DNA from: Vulcanimicrobiota bacterium
Lineage (GTDB): Bacteria; Vulcanimicrobiota; Vulcanimicrobiia; Vulcanimicrobiales; Vulcanimicrobiaceae
Reading direction: 5' to 3'
Assembly (NCBI GenBank): GCA_963833095.1
Contig: CAWHWQ010000004.1
Location: 206,702 to 270,701 of the forward strand
Length of the DNA stretch: 64,000 nucleotides
In this document: piece after piece, positions 42,215 to 52,456 of the stretch
Layout of the letters: each line of letters opens with the position of its first letter
Position numbering within the stretch: the first letter of the stretch is position 1
The notes under the pieces: generated by a model
The model's input: only the letters and a program-made list of their open reading frames with translations
Databases searched by the model: none
Told to the model about the DNA's origin: nothing
Program-made: the position numbers and the translations under genes

Positions 42215-45200
42215 ATGGGCCTGACCAAAGTCTTTCTCGAACGCCCGACGTTAGCATTCGTTCTGATCGCGCTCATCTTTCTCGCCGGTTTCATGGCGCT
42301 GCGCTCGCTCGTGCAACAGCAATTCCCCAATGTCGTTCAGCCCACGATCACCGTCACGGCGAACTATTCCGGCGCTCCGGCGACCGTGATGCGCGACGAC
42401 GTCGTGATGCCGATCGAAGATCAACTCGCCGGCGCGCTCGACCTGTACCGCATCAACTCCGTCGTTCAGAGCGGAACGGCGCGAATCAGCGCCGTGTTCA
42501 CACTGACCTCCGACACGTCGACCGATCTTGCCAATACGCTCAAAGCGGTGCAAGCCGCTTCGTCCCAGCTCCCCAAAAATATGCTCGCGCCCACCGTGCA
42601 AATCAACGATCCCAGCGAGTCCACGGTGGTAACGCTCGAAGCGTCCTCGGCAACGTTACCCCTCTCCCAACTCTCGATGCTGGTGATCAACCGAATCGGA
42701 CCAGCAATTCAGCAGGTCCCCGGTGTTTCGCTCGTCAGCGAAAACGGAACCGTCACGCCAGCCTACGAGGTCGTGGTCAACCCGTTTCGTTTGGCGGCCG
42801 CGAACCTCACGCTCAACGACATCTACAACGTCGTCAGCGCTGATAACCAGCGCTTGCCCGGCGGCTACGTCTACAGCGCCAATCGTCAAACGCAAGTCGA
42901 CATCCGCGGCGACGTGCAGACACCGCAGTCGATCGCGTACCTCCTAATCGCACCACCGAGCGGCGTCGCGCCGCTACCCGGCATAAACCCCCCGGTCGGT
43001 TCGGTGAATCCCTGGACCGTTGGGAACACCGTGCACCGCATCGGGGATGTCGCATCGGTCGTTAACGGCAACGAGCCGCGGCTGCAAATCGCTGAAATCA
43101 ACGGACAATCGGCGGTTCTTCTCTCGGTTCAAAAGACCGACGCCGCGAGCGAAGTCAACGCTTCAAATGCGGTGATCGCCGCATTGCCCAGACTCGAGCG
43201 CGAGTTTCCCGCGGTCTCGTTCCGCGTCATCAACGTCGAGTCGCGCTTTACCGAGCAGCAGATCTCCGGCGTCGAGCGGACGCTCATGGAGGGAATCGTC
43301 CTCACCGGGATCGTGATGCTCTTCTTCTTGGCAACTCCTGGCGACGCCATCGTCGTGTTGATCGCCATTCCGACGTCGCTCTGCGTCGCGCTCTTCGTGA
43401 TGAAGATGCTCGACTTGACGCTGGACACGTTTCGCTCTTGGCCATGACGCTGGTCATCGGAATCCTCGTCGACGACTCGACGGTCACGCTCGAGAATATC
43501 GCGCGCCACTATAAGCTCGGGGAAGATCCCTGCGATGCCGCGCTCGAGGCCGCAGCGAGATCGGCATGGCCGCGATCGTCATCACGCTCGTCGACGTGGT
43601 CGTCTTTCTTCCGATCGCATTCATCCGGGGCAGTCGGACGGTTTCTCCAAGAGTTCGGCATCGTCGTGACGATTTCAACGCTCACCTCGCTTTTCGTCTC
43701 CTTTACGATCACGCCCACGCTCGCCGGCCTCTGGGCGCTCGAGTCGACGTGGAAACCTTGGCGAATCATTCGCGTCTTCGAAGCCGGGGTCGCGCGCGTG
43801 ACGGACTGGTACGCCACTCACGTCTTACGGTGGGGCCTCGCGCACCCGTGGCTCGTGCTCGGTGTTTGTGTTGCGTCGTTCGTCGTGTCCGTCTCCCTGG
43901 TTCCGCTGGGCGCTATCGGCGAAGAATTCATTCCGCCCGAAGACCGCGGCGAGATTTTCTTGCAGTTCGCGTATCCCAGTGGCACGCCGCTGGCAACCGT
44001 ACAAGCCGCAGCGATAAAGATCGAGCAAGTCGTCGATCAGAGCCCGGATCTCTTTGCTGATGCGACTATCGCCGGCGCGTATGCGGCTCCGTTCGGCGGA
44101 TTCGTCTCACAGATCAACGTGGGTCAAGTCCACGCCTTCCTCAAGGCCGGCCGCAAGCACTCGACGTCGTATTGGGTTCAGTATTACCGCACGCATATTC
44201 CGCAATTGGTGCCGGAGGCGAACGTAACGGTCGTTCCCGTAACCAACATCAATGGTGGGAACTCTCAACCGTTCGACATGATCGTCAGCGATATCTCAGG
44301 CGGCGATCCGACGTCGTGGGCGATCAAACTCTTCGGGATACTGCAGGGCACGCCGGGCGCAACCGATGCCAATAGCACCGCCGCCTCGCTCGCCCCGGAG
44401 ATCGAACTCGAGTTCAATCGTGCCCGGGCGCGCGCACTCGACGTCGACATCGGTCAGGCCTCGCTCGCAGCGGAAGCGGCCTTCGGAGGTGCGATCGCAA
44501 CGTCATTCGAGCGCCCTACCGGCGAAGAGCAAGTGCAGATCATCTATCCAATCAGCGCTCAGCACCAAGTCGCTCAGCTTCTCAACATTCCAGTTCGAAC
44601 GACCAACGGCAACATCGTGCACATGGGAGACTTCGCGCACGTCACCGAGGATCCGCAACCCCCGCTGATCATACGCATCGATCTCAACAACGCCGTGCAC
44701 CTCTTGGCAAACCCGGATGCAAAGACGTCGCTCGGGCAACTCACCAACGCCTTCCTCAAACGCGCCGCGTCCGTGCATCTCCCAAGCAATATCACGCTGA
44801 CCGCGGCACCGCTGGGTCAGGGCGATTTCATGAACCAGTTGCTCGCGGGAATGGGCGCCGGGCTGATTCTCTCGGTCGTTCTCGTCTTTTTGTTGATGGT
44901 CGCGCTGTACAACAGTTACATCTCGCCGTTCATCATCATGTTCTCGGTCCCCGTGGCGGCCGTTGGCGGCATCTTCGCGCTGTTCCTAACGCACGAGACG
45001 TTGAACATGTTCTCGTTGATCGGCTGCGTGCTGCTGGTCGGGATCGCGGCCAAGAACGGCATCCTGTTGGTGGATTATGCGAACACGCTGCGCGAACGCG
45101 GTGAAGCAAAGCTCGTGGCCATTCAGGAGAGCGCGCGCACCCGTTTTCGTCCGATCGTGATGACCAGTCTTTCGGTCATTGCCGGCAACATTCCATTGGC

Positions 45201-45423
45201 GCTGGCGCTCGAACCCGGGTCGAGCGTTCGCAGCAGCCTTGGTGTCGTGGTGTGCGGCGGCGCATTTAGCTCACTCGTGCTCACACTGGTGTTGGTTCCC
45301 GTCATGTACATGTGGCTCGCGCCCGAAACATTGCCGGTGGTTCACCACGGCGAGGAGAACGGCATTACCCAGCCGGCGCCAAGACCTTCCGCGCCTCCGG
45401 TGAGTCCTGGTATTCCACGGTAA
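42215..45423 (+). CDS. AcrB-family RND permease, indels near 43430-43625
   Basis: FP.V..P, GILVDDS.V.LENI, KNGILLVDY, RFRPIVMT. Confidence 0.92.
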
Positions 45424-46495
45424 GAATCGAGCGCAGGTGCGCCGCGGCGGTTTTGGCGTCGTCTGAATCCATCCGCTGCAACGTGTTCAGGCAGCTCAAA
45501 AGCAGCATCGGCATGTCGCGATCGCGCGGGTACACCTTGTGCATGTCGTCGATGGACTGCGCCACGAGCACGGTTTGCGCCGCCTCGCGGTTACCGTAGT
45601 TGTAGTCGAGCATGAAGTTGATGTGTTTGAGCTCGTTCTCGATGCCGAGAATCGAGTACCCCATCTGCCCGAAGTACTCGTCTGCAGGCGCAAGCGTGGT
45701 GAGATATTTATCGTGCGGCATCGCCGAGACGCTCGCGATGATCAGCAGCGAGGGCAGATTCTTGATCCGCTCCGCGATGATATTTGCATTGGTTCGATCG
45801 CCTTGCGTAAAATCGCCGGTCGTGCTCGCTTGCGCGATTTGAACCGCGCGCACGAACTCCGGCCCGTAGGTCGTCGGAAGGTGCGCCAGCGGAAAGTTCG
45901 GATTCGCGGCCTTTTGAAAGGCCAGCGAACGCCAGGAACGATCGCCGGTGAGCACCCACGCGCGCCAATTGGCTTCGACGGTTTGCAGTCGCGTATTGAC
46001 GTCGGCGGGATAGGCTGCGGCATTGGCTTGCGCATCCTCGTCGGCGAGACGCGCGAGATTCTGCGGATTGTCTTCGGAGTTGACGCGCTCCAGTAAGCCG
46101 TTGGCATCCGCGACAAGGGCCGGATCGGTGCTGTTGCGACTCACCCATACCGCGGCTTCGCGAACGTACCACACGGCCGCGTCGTGATTGGTCAATGGAT
46201 TGTAGTGGAGACCCGAGCCGATTTGCACGGTCAAGGTCTCGAGTTCGCGGAACGCCGGATCGTCGGGTCGCTGGAGCGAGTACGCGCGCCCCGCGTTGAA
46301 GATCGTCGAGAGATAGAGTTCCTGATCGACGAAATCCCACTGCGCGGCCGACGCCTTATCGTAGGCGGTCTTCATTTGCGCGTAGAGTACGCTTGGATCA
46401 GCCTCCAGGGCCGCGCGCGCCGGAAGCGCTAACGCTGCGATGACCGCGATCGCGAGGCACCCCGGAAGAACTGCGTTAAAGAACCGAACCATCAT
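45365..46495 (-). CDS. secreted helical hypothetical protein at the end of the pur run
   Basis: Signal peptide; APADEYFG; start overlaps the purP end. Confidence 0.7.
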   Translation of the reverse strand: MMVRFFNAVLPGCLAIAVIAALALPARAALEADPSVLYAQMKTAYDKASAAQWDFVDQELYLSTIFNAGRAYSLQRPDDPAFRELETLTVQIGSGLHYNPLTNHDAAVWYVREAAVWVSRNSTDPALVADANGLLERVNSEDNPQNLARLADEDAQANAAAYPADVNTRLQTVEANWRAWVLTGDRSWRSLAFQKAANPNFPLAHLPTTYGPEFVRAVQIAQASTTGDFTQGDRTNANIIAERIKNLPSLLIIASVSAMPHDKYLTTLAPADEYFGQMGYSILGIENELKHINFMLDYNYGNREAAQTVLVAQSIDDMHKVYPRDRDMPMLLLSCLNTLQRMDSDDAKTAAAHLRSILTVEYQDSPEARKVLAPAG

Positions 46496-47498
46496 CTAAG
46501 ACCAAACGCAGATTGTTGGTCAAAAGTGCGTTCTTGATTTCCCGAGCGATTCGCCGTCCGGTCGACATCGGTTCGGAGTAGTTGAGATACGAATACGGCG
46601 ATCCGTCGATGAAGAGGTTGGTTCCGGCGACGATTCGCGCCGAGATTTCCATACAGTAAAAATGCATATCGGGTGTAATGATTGACTCGATGCAAAACGC
46701 GCCGAAAAGGCCCTTGGGCCCGGCAATTTCCTTGCTCACTCGTACCACATTTTCGCCCATCCGTAACGCTTCGGCCAGCATCGATTCGCGCAGGCTCACC
46801 GGCTGGTTACCGACGACCACGTAGGACGGGCTCACATCCATGCCTTCTTGCGCAGCGGCTGGAATGCGGCCAAGCGAATCGACGTTGGTCTCGTAGCGGC
46901 GGTCCATCGACATGATCTCGAGCCGGTCTTCCAGCGGCGAATAGAAATAGTGGATGTAGAGCGGAACGCCGATGATGTACTCCTGGATCGTGTAGGCTTT
47001 CTTGAGTTCCTTCGAGCGCTTCTCGAAGTCGGCCGCGTCCCGGATAAACATGTAACCCTTGCCGCCGCCGGCACCGTAGAGCTTCACGATCACCGGACGA
47101 TCGATTTCGGCCCCGGTCTTGAATTGACGCGGCATCGTGATGTCGGCCCGCGTGAGCCACTCGCGCTGCAATTCGCGGCTCGCCTCCCAATCGAGGACGG
47201 CCTTGTTCCCGAAATACGGAATCGTCATCTTCTTGTGCTCGTCGAGCGACAGATATGCGACGAACGAACCGTGCGGCACGATGATCACCTTACGCCGCTC
47301 CAGCTCGCCGACCAAATTGGGAAATTCCGAGTAGCTATCGACCGCCATGACCTCATCGATGAACGCAAACGAACGGTAGAGACGTTCGGTTTGGCGGCTC
47401 GCGACCGCAAGCGTATGAAAGCCCTCGTCGTGCGCGCCTTTGAGAATCTGCAGCGCCGAATGGGAGCCCAGTGTCGCAATCGTGTACGGTCGATTCAT
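46476..47498 (-). CDS. purP: formate-dependent FAICAR synthetase (archaeal type)
   Basis: IATLGSHSALQILKGA..EGF, PHGSFVAY, GAGGGKGY, DRRYE.N.D, EISARIVAGTN. Confidence 0.93.
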   Translation of the reverse strand: MNRPYTIATLGSHSALQILKGAHDEGFHTLAVASRQTERLYRSFAFIDEVMAVDSYSEFPNLVGELERRKVIIVPHGSFVAYLSLDEHKKMTIPYFGNKAVLDWEASRELQREWLTRADITMPRQFKTGAEIDRPVIVKLYGAGGGKGYMFIRDAADFEKRSKELKKAYTIQEYIIGVPLYIHYFYSPLEDRLEIMSMDRRYETNVDSLGRIPAAAQEGMDVSPSYVVVGNQPVSLRESMLAEALRMGENVVRVSKEIAGPKGLFGAFCIESIITPDMHFYCMEISARIVAGTNLFIDGSPYSYLNYSEPMSTGRRIAREIKNALLTNNLRLVLDDGSVL

Positions 47499-47887
47499 TT
47501 CGGGAAAATAGCCCTTTCAATGGCGGGATTGCAGAGAAGGCGTTCCGCGGCCTGCGCAAGCACGGTCGCGTTCGCAGGCGCACCCGAAGCGCCGAAGAGA
47601 CGCCAGCCGACGGGCCGCTCGGCATCATCTTGCACGATCCAGACTTCACCGGGCCGCGGCGCATCCTCATCGAGCACGGTGACGCGGTGCTTGTTGGGAT
47701 TGTAGAGTGATTCGTCGCGTTCGATCTGCGCGATCAACGCCTTGGGCTCGGGCGCGTCCGCGACACGAACGATCTCGCAGCGCTCGACACCGGCGACCTC
47801 GACGCCAAGGCGCCGCAGGGTGACAAGCGCGGTGTACGCCGCGTTGTCGGGTATCTTGAGGTTGATGGCGATGGCGCGGTGACTCAC
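47495..47887 (-). CDS. purS: atypical long PurS-like subunit
   Basis: Directly after purQ; LKIPD..A, YNPNKH, C-terminal LLCNPAIE. Confidence 0.7.
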   Translation of the reverse strand: MSHRAIAINLKIPDNAAYTALVTLRRLGVEVAGVERCEIVRVADAPEPKALIAQIERDESLYNPNKHRVTVLDEDAPRPGEVWIVQDDAERPVGWRLFGASGAPANATVLAQAAERLLCNPAIERAIFPK

Positions 47888-48654
47888 GTGCGTCGTACCG
47901 CCTCGACAAAACTGCGAAAGAATACCGCTCCGCCCGACGGCGCAAGGATCGCATCACCACGACGCCGGTCGGGATGATTGAAGGTCCACGCATCGCGCTC
48001 GGGGTGCGGCATCAGCGCGAGCACGTTCCCGTCGCGATTGACGAGTCCGGCAACGCCGAGCGCGGATTGGTTGGGGCTGGCGGAATCGTCGACGCTGCCG
48101 TCTTCGTGCGCGTAGACGAACGCGATGTGATTACCGTCCTGCAGTTCGTGCAAATGCTCCGCGCTGGCCGCGAGGCGGCCCTCTGCGTTTGCGGTCCACG
48201 ACGGAATTACCACATCGTGCGGAAGCAGCGCCGTAATCGCCGAGCGCGTCGGATCGACGCAAAGCTTCGCATGCACGTGGGTACAAACGAAATGCGGGAC
48301 CGGTCCGTTGCGCGTGAAGGCTGCGGTGGGACGGCGGATCTCGCCGGTCCCCGGAACCAAACCGGCTTCGAGCAAGATTTGCGCGCCGTTGCAGATCCCG
48401 AGCACGAGCTTCCCCTTCTGCGCTCCGGCAATCACATGGTCCATCGCCACATCGTGCGCAGCGATGGCTCCGGCACGAATGCGATCCTCGTAGGCAAAGC
48501 CCCCAGGTAACACGTAGGCATCGAAGTTGGGGAGTTGCTGCGCGCCGCTCCAATGCACGAGGTACGCATCGCCGCCGCAATCGCGCAGCAATCGGGCCGT
48601 TTCTTCCTCTGAGTTTGTGCCGGGAAAGACCAGCACCGCGATGCGTTTGCTCAC
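47884..48654 (-). CDS. purQ: FGAM synthase glutaminase subunit
   Basis: FPGTN, PGGFAYED..RAG, GICNG.QIL, MPHPER. Confidence 0.95.
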   Translation of the reverse strand: MSKRIAVLVFPGTNSEEETARLLRDCGGDAYLVHWSGAQQLPNFDAYVLPGGFAYEDRIRAGAIAAHDVAMDHVIAGAQKGKLVLGICNGAQILLEAGLVPGTGEIRRPTAAFTRNGPVPHFVCTHVHAKLCVDPTRSAITALLPHDVVIPSWTANAEGRLAASAEHLHELQDGNHIAFVYAHEDGSVDDSASPNQSALGVAGLVNRDGNVLALMPHPERDAWTFNHPDRRRGDAILAPSGGAVFFRSFVEAVRRT

Positions 48655-50915
48655 GGATACACCTCGCGCAACGGCGCCAGCCAGATGTCGCGCAACCGAT
48701 GAAGATCGAAGGCTTGATCGTCCACGACGAAGATCGGACGATCGATCGTCACCCCGATTTCGTAAACGCCGCTCACGTCGTCGGCGAGGCCTTCAAACGT
48801 TTCCACATCATCGGCGGCAACCTCAACGACGAAGCCGCCGGATTCGCCGAAGTAGGCCTCCAGATCGCCTGCGCCGCCGTGCGTCCACTGCCACGCATCG
48901 TCGATCTGCACACCGACGTGCGCGCGGCCCTGGCGCATTGTCGCGAACGCCATTTCACACATCGCCGCGATCAATCCGCCGTTGCCGATCGCGTGCGCCG
49001 AGCGAAACAGTCGCGCTTGCGCCGCTTCATACATCAGGTCGTGCTGCGCGAGGATCACGTCGTACTCGATGCGCGGCAGATGCGGGTCGCTGCGGCCCAA
49101 GACGTCGAGCAGCACCGAACCGCCGAGCGCGCCTTGCGGCGCACCAATGAGATACAATACCGAACCGGCCTGCTTGAGCGGCATCGTCACCACCGTGTCG
49201 ATATCGCTAAACGCGCCGACGCATGCGACGATCGGCGAGGCCGGAATCGCCCGCCCGTTCGCGGATTCGTTATAAAGGCTGACATTACCCGAAACGAACG
49301 GGGTGCCGAAGCGCTCGGAAGCGCGCGCGAGGCCGTCGATCGCCGCAACCAATTCGTTGTAGTGCTCGATCTTGCGCGGATTGCCGAAATTCAAGCAATC
49401 CGTCAGCCCGATCGCGCGCGCACCCGTCGCCACCACTTTGCGCACGGCCTCATAGACCGCGTGTTCGGCGGCGAGACGCACGGCGATGTGACTGTAGCGT
49501 GGATTCCCCGCGACGGCCAGCGCGACACCGAGCGGGCTTCCGGGTACCGGCGCGAGCACGCCGGCACCCGCCGCGCCGCGCGGAATCACCGTGCAGCCGC
49601 GTACCACGGAATCGTAGCGGCGGTACAGCGGCTCGCGCGAGCAGACATCCGGGTGCGCGAGCACGCGCTCGATCAATTCATCGAGCTGCACCCCGGTGAC
49701 CAGAGGCCGCTCGCTCGACACCTGCAGCGCCGGAATCTCCGCAAACGGTAAATCGTCGCGAATCGATCCGGTGAGAAATTCGATATCGACGTCCATCACG
49801 GTCTCACCACGATAGTTGAGCGTATAGCGTTTCTGCGCCGTCACAGTGCCGATTTTCGTGGCGCGCGCGTTGTACGCGATCTCGGGCAGCGTGAATTCTT
49901 CGTTATAGATACGCAAAAGCTCGGGCGTTACCGCGGGCGGCACGACCCAAAGCAGCCGCTCTTGCGTTTCGCCGACGGCAATCACTTCGGGGCGCATGCC
50001 GTCAACCGCGACATTTACCGCGTCCAGATCGATGCGCGCGCCGAACCCGCCGGCAGAAACGATCTCGGCCGAACAGCCCATGATGCCGCCCGCGCCGAGA
50101 TCCTTGAACCCGACGGTCAAACGTTGCTCGTGCAAGAACCGGAAAACCCGGTAGCTGGCGCGCATGATGACGCTCTTGAGGAACGGATCGGGAACTTGCA
50201 CCGCACCTTTGTTTGAATCTTCGTCTTGCGCGTCGAGCGTAAGCGACGAGAACGAGGCGCCGCCGAAACCGCTTGGATCGGTCGCCTTGCCCACCAGCAC
50301 GATGTCCCACCCGTCGGCGCCGGGCGGCGCATACGAATGAATGACTTCCGATTCCTTGACGATTCCCATCGCCACGACGTTGACCAAGCAATTGTCGTCG
50401 AAGCGCTCGTCGAAATACAGATCGCCTGCGATATTCGGCACGCCGATCGCATTGCCGTACGCGCTGATCCCGTCGACGACGCCCTGCGCGACGTAGCGCT
50501 GGTGCGAATGCGCGTCTTCGACCCGCCCAAATCGAAGCGGATCCGCGACGGCGATCACCTGCGCGCCCATGCAGAGCACGTCGCGCACGATGCCGCCAAT
50601 ACCGGTTGCCGCACCTTCGAACGGTACGACCTGCGAGGGATGATTGTGCGACTCGTGCGCGATGACGATGCCGTAACGCTCGCCGTTCCACTCACCCAAG
50701 TGCAGGATGCCCGAGTCTTCGGCCGGACCCAGCACGACCGCGGTTCCCGATGTCGGCAGACGCTTGAGCAGATGGCGGCTCGATTTATAGCTGCAGTGCT
50801 CGCTCCACTGCGCATCAAATGCGTGCAGCTCCACGGCCGACGGCTCCCGTCCGAGCCGTTCGCGAATGCGCGTCAGTTCGTCTGAGCGCAGTGCGACGCC
50901 GGCAATCTCAGCCAA
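48651..50915 (-). CDS. purL: FGAM synthase subunit PurL
   Basis: WSEHCSYKSS, ESHNHPS, GAATGIGGIVRD, DCLNFGNP, SGNVSLYNE. Confidence 0.97.
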   Translation of the reverse strand: MAEIAGVALRSDELTRIRERLGREPSAVELHAFDAQWSEHCSYKSSRHLLKRLPTSGTAVVLGPAEDSGILHLGEWNGERYGIVIAHESHNHPSQVVPFEGAATGIGGIVRDVLCMGAQVIAVADPLRFGRVEDAHSHQRYVAQGVVDGISAYGNAIGVPNIAGDLYFDERFDDNCLVNVVAMGIVKESEVIHSYAPPGADGWDIVLVGKATDPSGFGGASFSSLTLDAQDEDSNKGAVQVPDPFLKSVIMRASYRVFRFLHEQRLTVGFKDLGAGGIMGCSAEIVSAGGFGARIDLDAVNVAVDGMRPEVIAVGETQERLLWVVPPAVTPELLRIYNEEFTLPEIAYNARATKIGTVTAQKRYTLNYRGETVMDVDIEFLTGSIRDDLPFAEIPALQVSSERPLVTGVQLDELIERVLAHPDVCSREPLYRRYDSVVRGCTVIPRGAAGAGVLAPVPGSPLGVALAVAGNPRYSHIAVRLAAEHAVYEAVRKVVATGARAIGLTDCLNFGNPRKIEHYNELVAAIDGLARASERFGTPFVSGNVSLYNESANGRAIPASPIVACVGAFSDIDTVVTMPLKQAGSVLYLIGAPQGALGGSVLLDVLGRSDPHLPRIEYDVILAQHDLMYEAAQARLFRSAHAIGNGGLIAAMCEMAFATMRQGRAHVGVQIDDAWQWTHGGAGDLEAYFGESGGFVVEVAADDVETFEGLADDVSGVYEIGVTIDRPIFVVDDQAFDLHRLRDIWLAPLREVYP

Positions 50916-52101
50916 GCGACGCTCCCGGCGGGCCGCTTTGCTGCTGCAGCCCGGCGTCCGCGTGCAGCACGGCAGATCGCGCGTTGGCTTGCATCAAGAG
51001 CGTGCGGCCATAGAGCACCGTATCGTCGAGCGCCAAGAGCTTCGAGCACTGCAGCGCAAGCGCGGCGCTGTCGCCGCTCCATCCAATGACCGGTGCCGAC
51101 GAGGCCGCGTCGAGCATATCGCGCAGCACATCGTCGCCGACGGCAACGAAGAACAACCGCGCAAAGGTCGCTTCGAGCTGTTGCACGACTTGCAGCACGA
51201 AACCCGGCGTGCGCGCGGGGCTGGCGATATGGCGAATCGTCGGCAGGCCCAGCGACTGCAGCGTCGCCGCCACGGTATTGAGCGCTTCGCCCCGTTCGGG
51301 TCCATCGGCGACGATCGCCGCCATCCCCGGTCGCATCACCGGAAACGTTCCGACCAGATCGGCGACTTCTTCGTATGCCGCTTTGACGGTAGCGAGCGCC
51401 GCGTCATCGACGGTCTCCAGATTGCGATAGAGCTGCTTGTCGAGCATCCGGTCTTCGCGGCCCTGCGGCCAAATGCGCCACGAGTCGTTGTCGATCACGT
51501 CGGCTATAACGAGTTGTCCTTTTTCGTTTCCGGCCGTCAAGCGCCCGAACTCGACCTTGAGGTCGACCAGCAGCACATCCCGGCGGCGCCAGGCGTGCGA
51601 AAGAATATCGAAGGTGAGGCGCGCGAGCTCACTCATCGCCCCAACTTCTGCGGGCGTTGCCATGCCGCGCGCAACGATCTCGTCGGGCGCGATCTGCGGA
51701 TCGTGATTCGCGTCGTCCTTGACGAAGAACTCGATCACGCGCGGGACGAGCAACATACCGCGGGTGACTCCCGGATTGCGCCGCACAAACGATCCCGCGG
51801 CGACGCCGCGCACCACGACTTCGAGCGGCAACATATTGCAGCGCCGCACGAGCATCTCATTGTTGTCGTCGTCTTCGCCGCCGCTCAAATAATGCGTCGG
51901 CAGACCGCATAAGTTGAGCAACCGGAAAACCCGCGCCGTCGTCTGCGCCGCAAGACGTCCTTTGCCGGCGATCTCATTGCGCCGCGCACCATCGCCTGCC
52001 GAGATCGCATCCGTCTGCGCAACCACAAGCTGATCGGGATGCCCAGGATTCTCGTAGAGAATCTTGGTCTTGCCCGAGGCAATCTCCACGCCTTTATTCA
52101 T
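50908..52101 (-). CDS. purC: SAICAR synthetase with degenerate C-terminal PurE-like domain
   Basis: GKTK, LEVVVR..A.GS, DLKVEFG, LVIADVIDNDSWRIW, LDKQ.YR; extra C-terminal ~140 aa. Confidence 0.9.
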   Translation of the reverse strand: MNKGVEIASGKTKILYENPGHPDQLVVAQTDAISAGDGARRNEIAGKGRLAAQTTARVFRLLNLCGLPTHYLSGGEDDDNNEMLVRRCNMLPLEVVVRGVAAGSFVRRNPGVTRGMLLVPRVIEFFVKDDANHDPQIAPDEIVARGMATPAEVGAMSELARLTFDILSHAWRRRDVLLVDLKVEFGRLTAGNEKGQLVIADVIDNDSWRIWPQGREDRMLDKQLYRNLETVDDAALATVKAAYEEVADLVGTFPVMRPGMAAIVADGPERGEALNTVAATLQSLGLPTIRHIASPARTPGFVLQVVQQLEATFARLFFVAVGDDVLRDMLDAASSAPVIGWSGDSAALALQCSKLLALDDTVLYGRTLLMQANARSAVLHADAGLQQQSGPPGASLG

Positions 52102-52105
52102 GCTT

Positions 52106-52452
52106 TGTCATCCCGAGCGTAGCTTCCCCATTTGTCATCCCGAGCGTAGGCGCGAAGCGCCGTAGTCGAGGGACCGGCGCAGCCCTGTTGTTGCCGAGCG
52201 AAGGCTCGAAGTTTTGCGCCATTCGCAGGATGCGAACTTCGTTTGGACGTGGCGCAAAACTCGCGCAGCAGGAGCGGCACACGAGGTGCCGCGAGGAGCG
52301 TCTTCGCGGGCAGCAACAGGGTTGCGCCGGTCCCTCGACTACGCTCACTGCGTTCGCTACGCTCGGGATGACAACCGGTCCCTCGACTACGCTCACTGCG
52401 TTCGCTACGCTCGGTGATGACAACCGGTCCCTCGACTACGCTCGGGAGGACA
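52106..52452. repeat. composite inverted repeat cluster between purB and purC
   Basis: Two forward copies (52106, 52133) and three reverse copies (52328-52452); long inverted arms; inner GTTTTGCGCCA/TGGCGCAAAAC stem. Confidence 0.9.
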
Positions 52453-52456
52453 AGGT

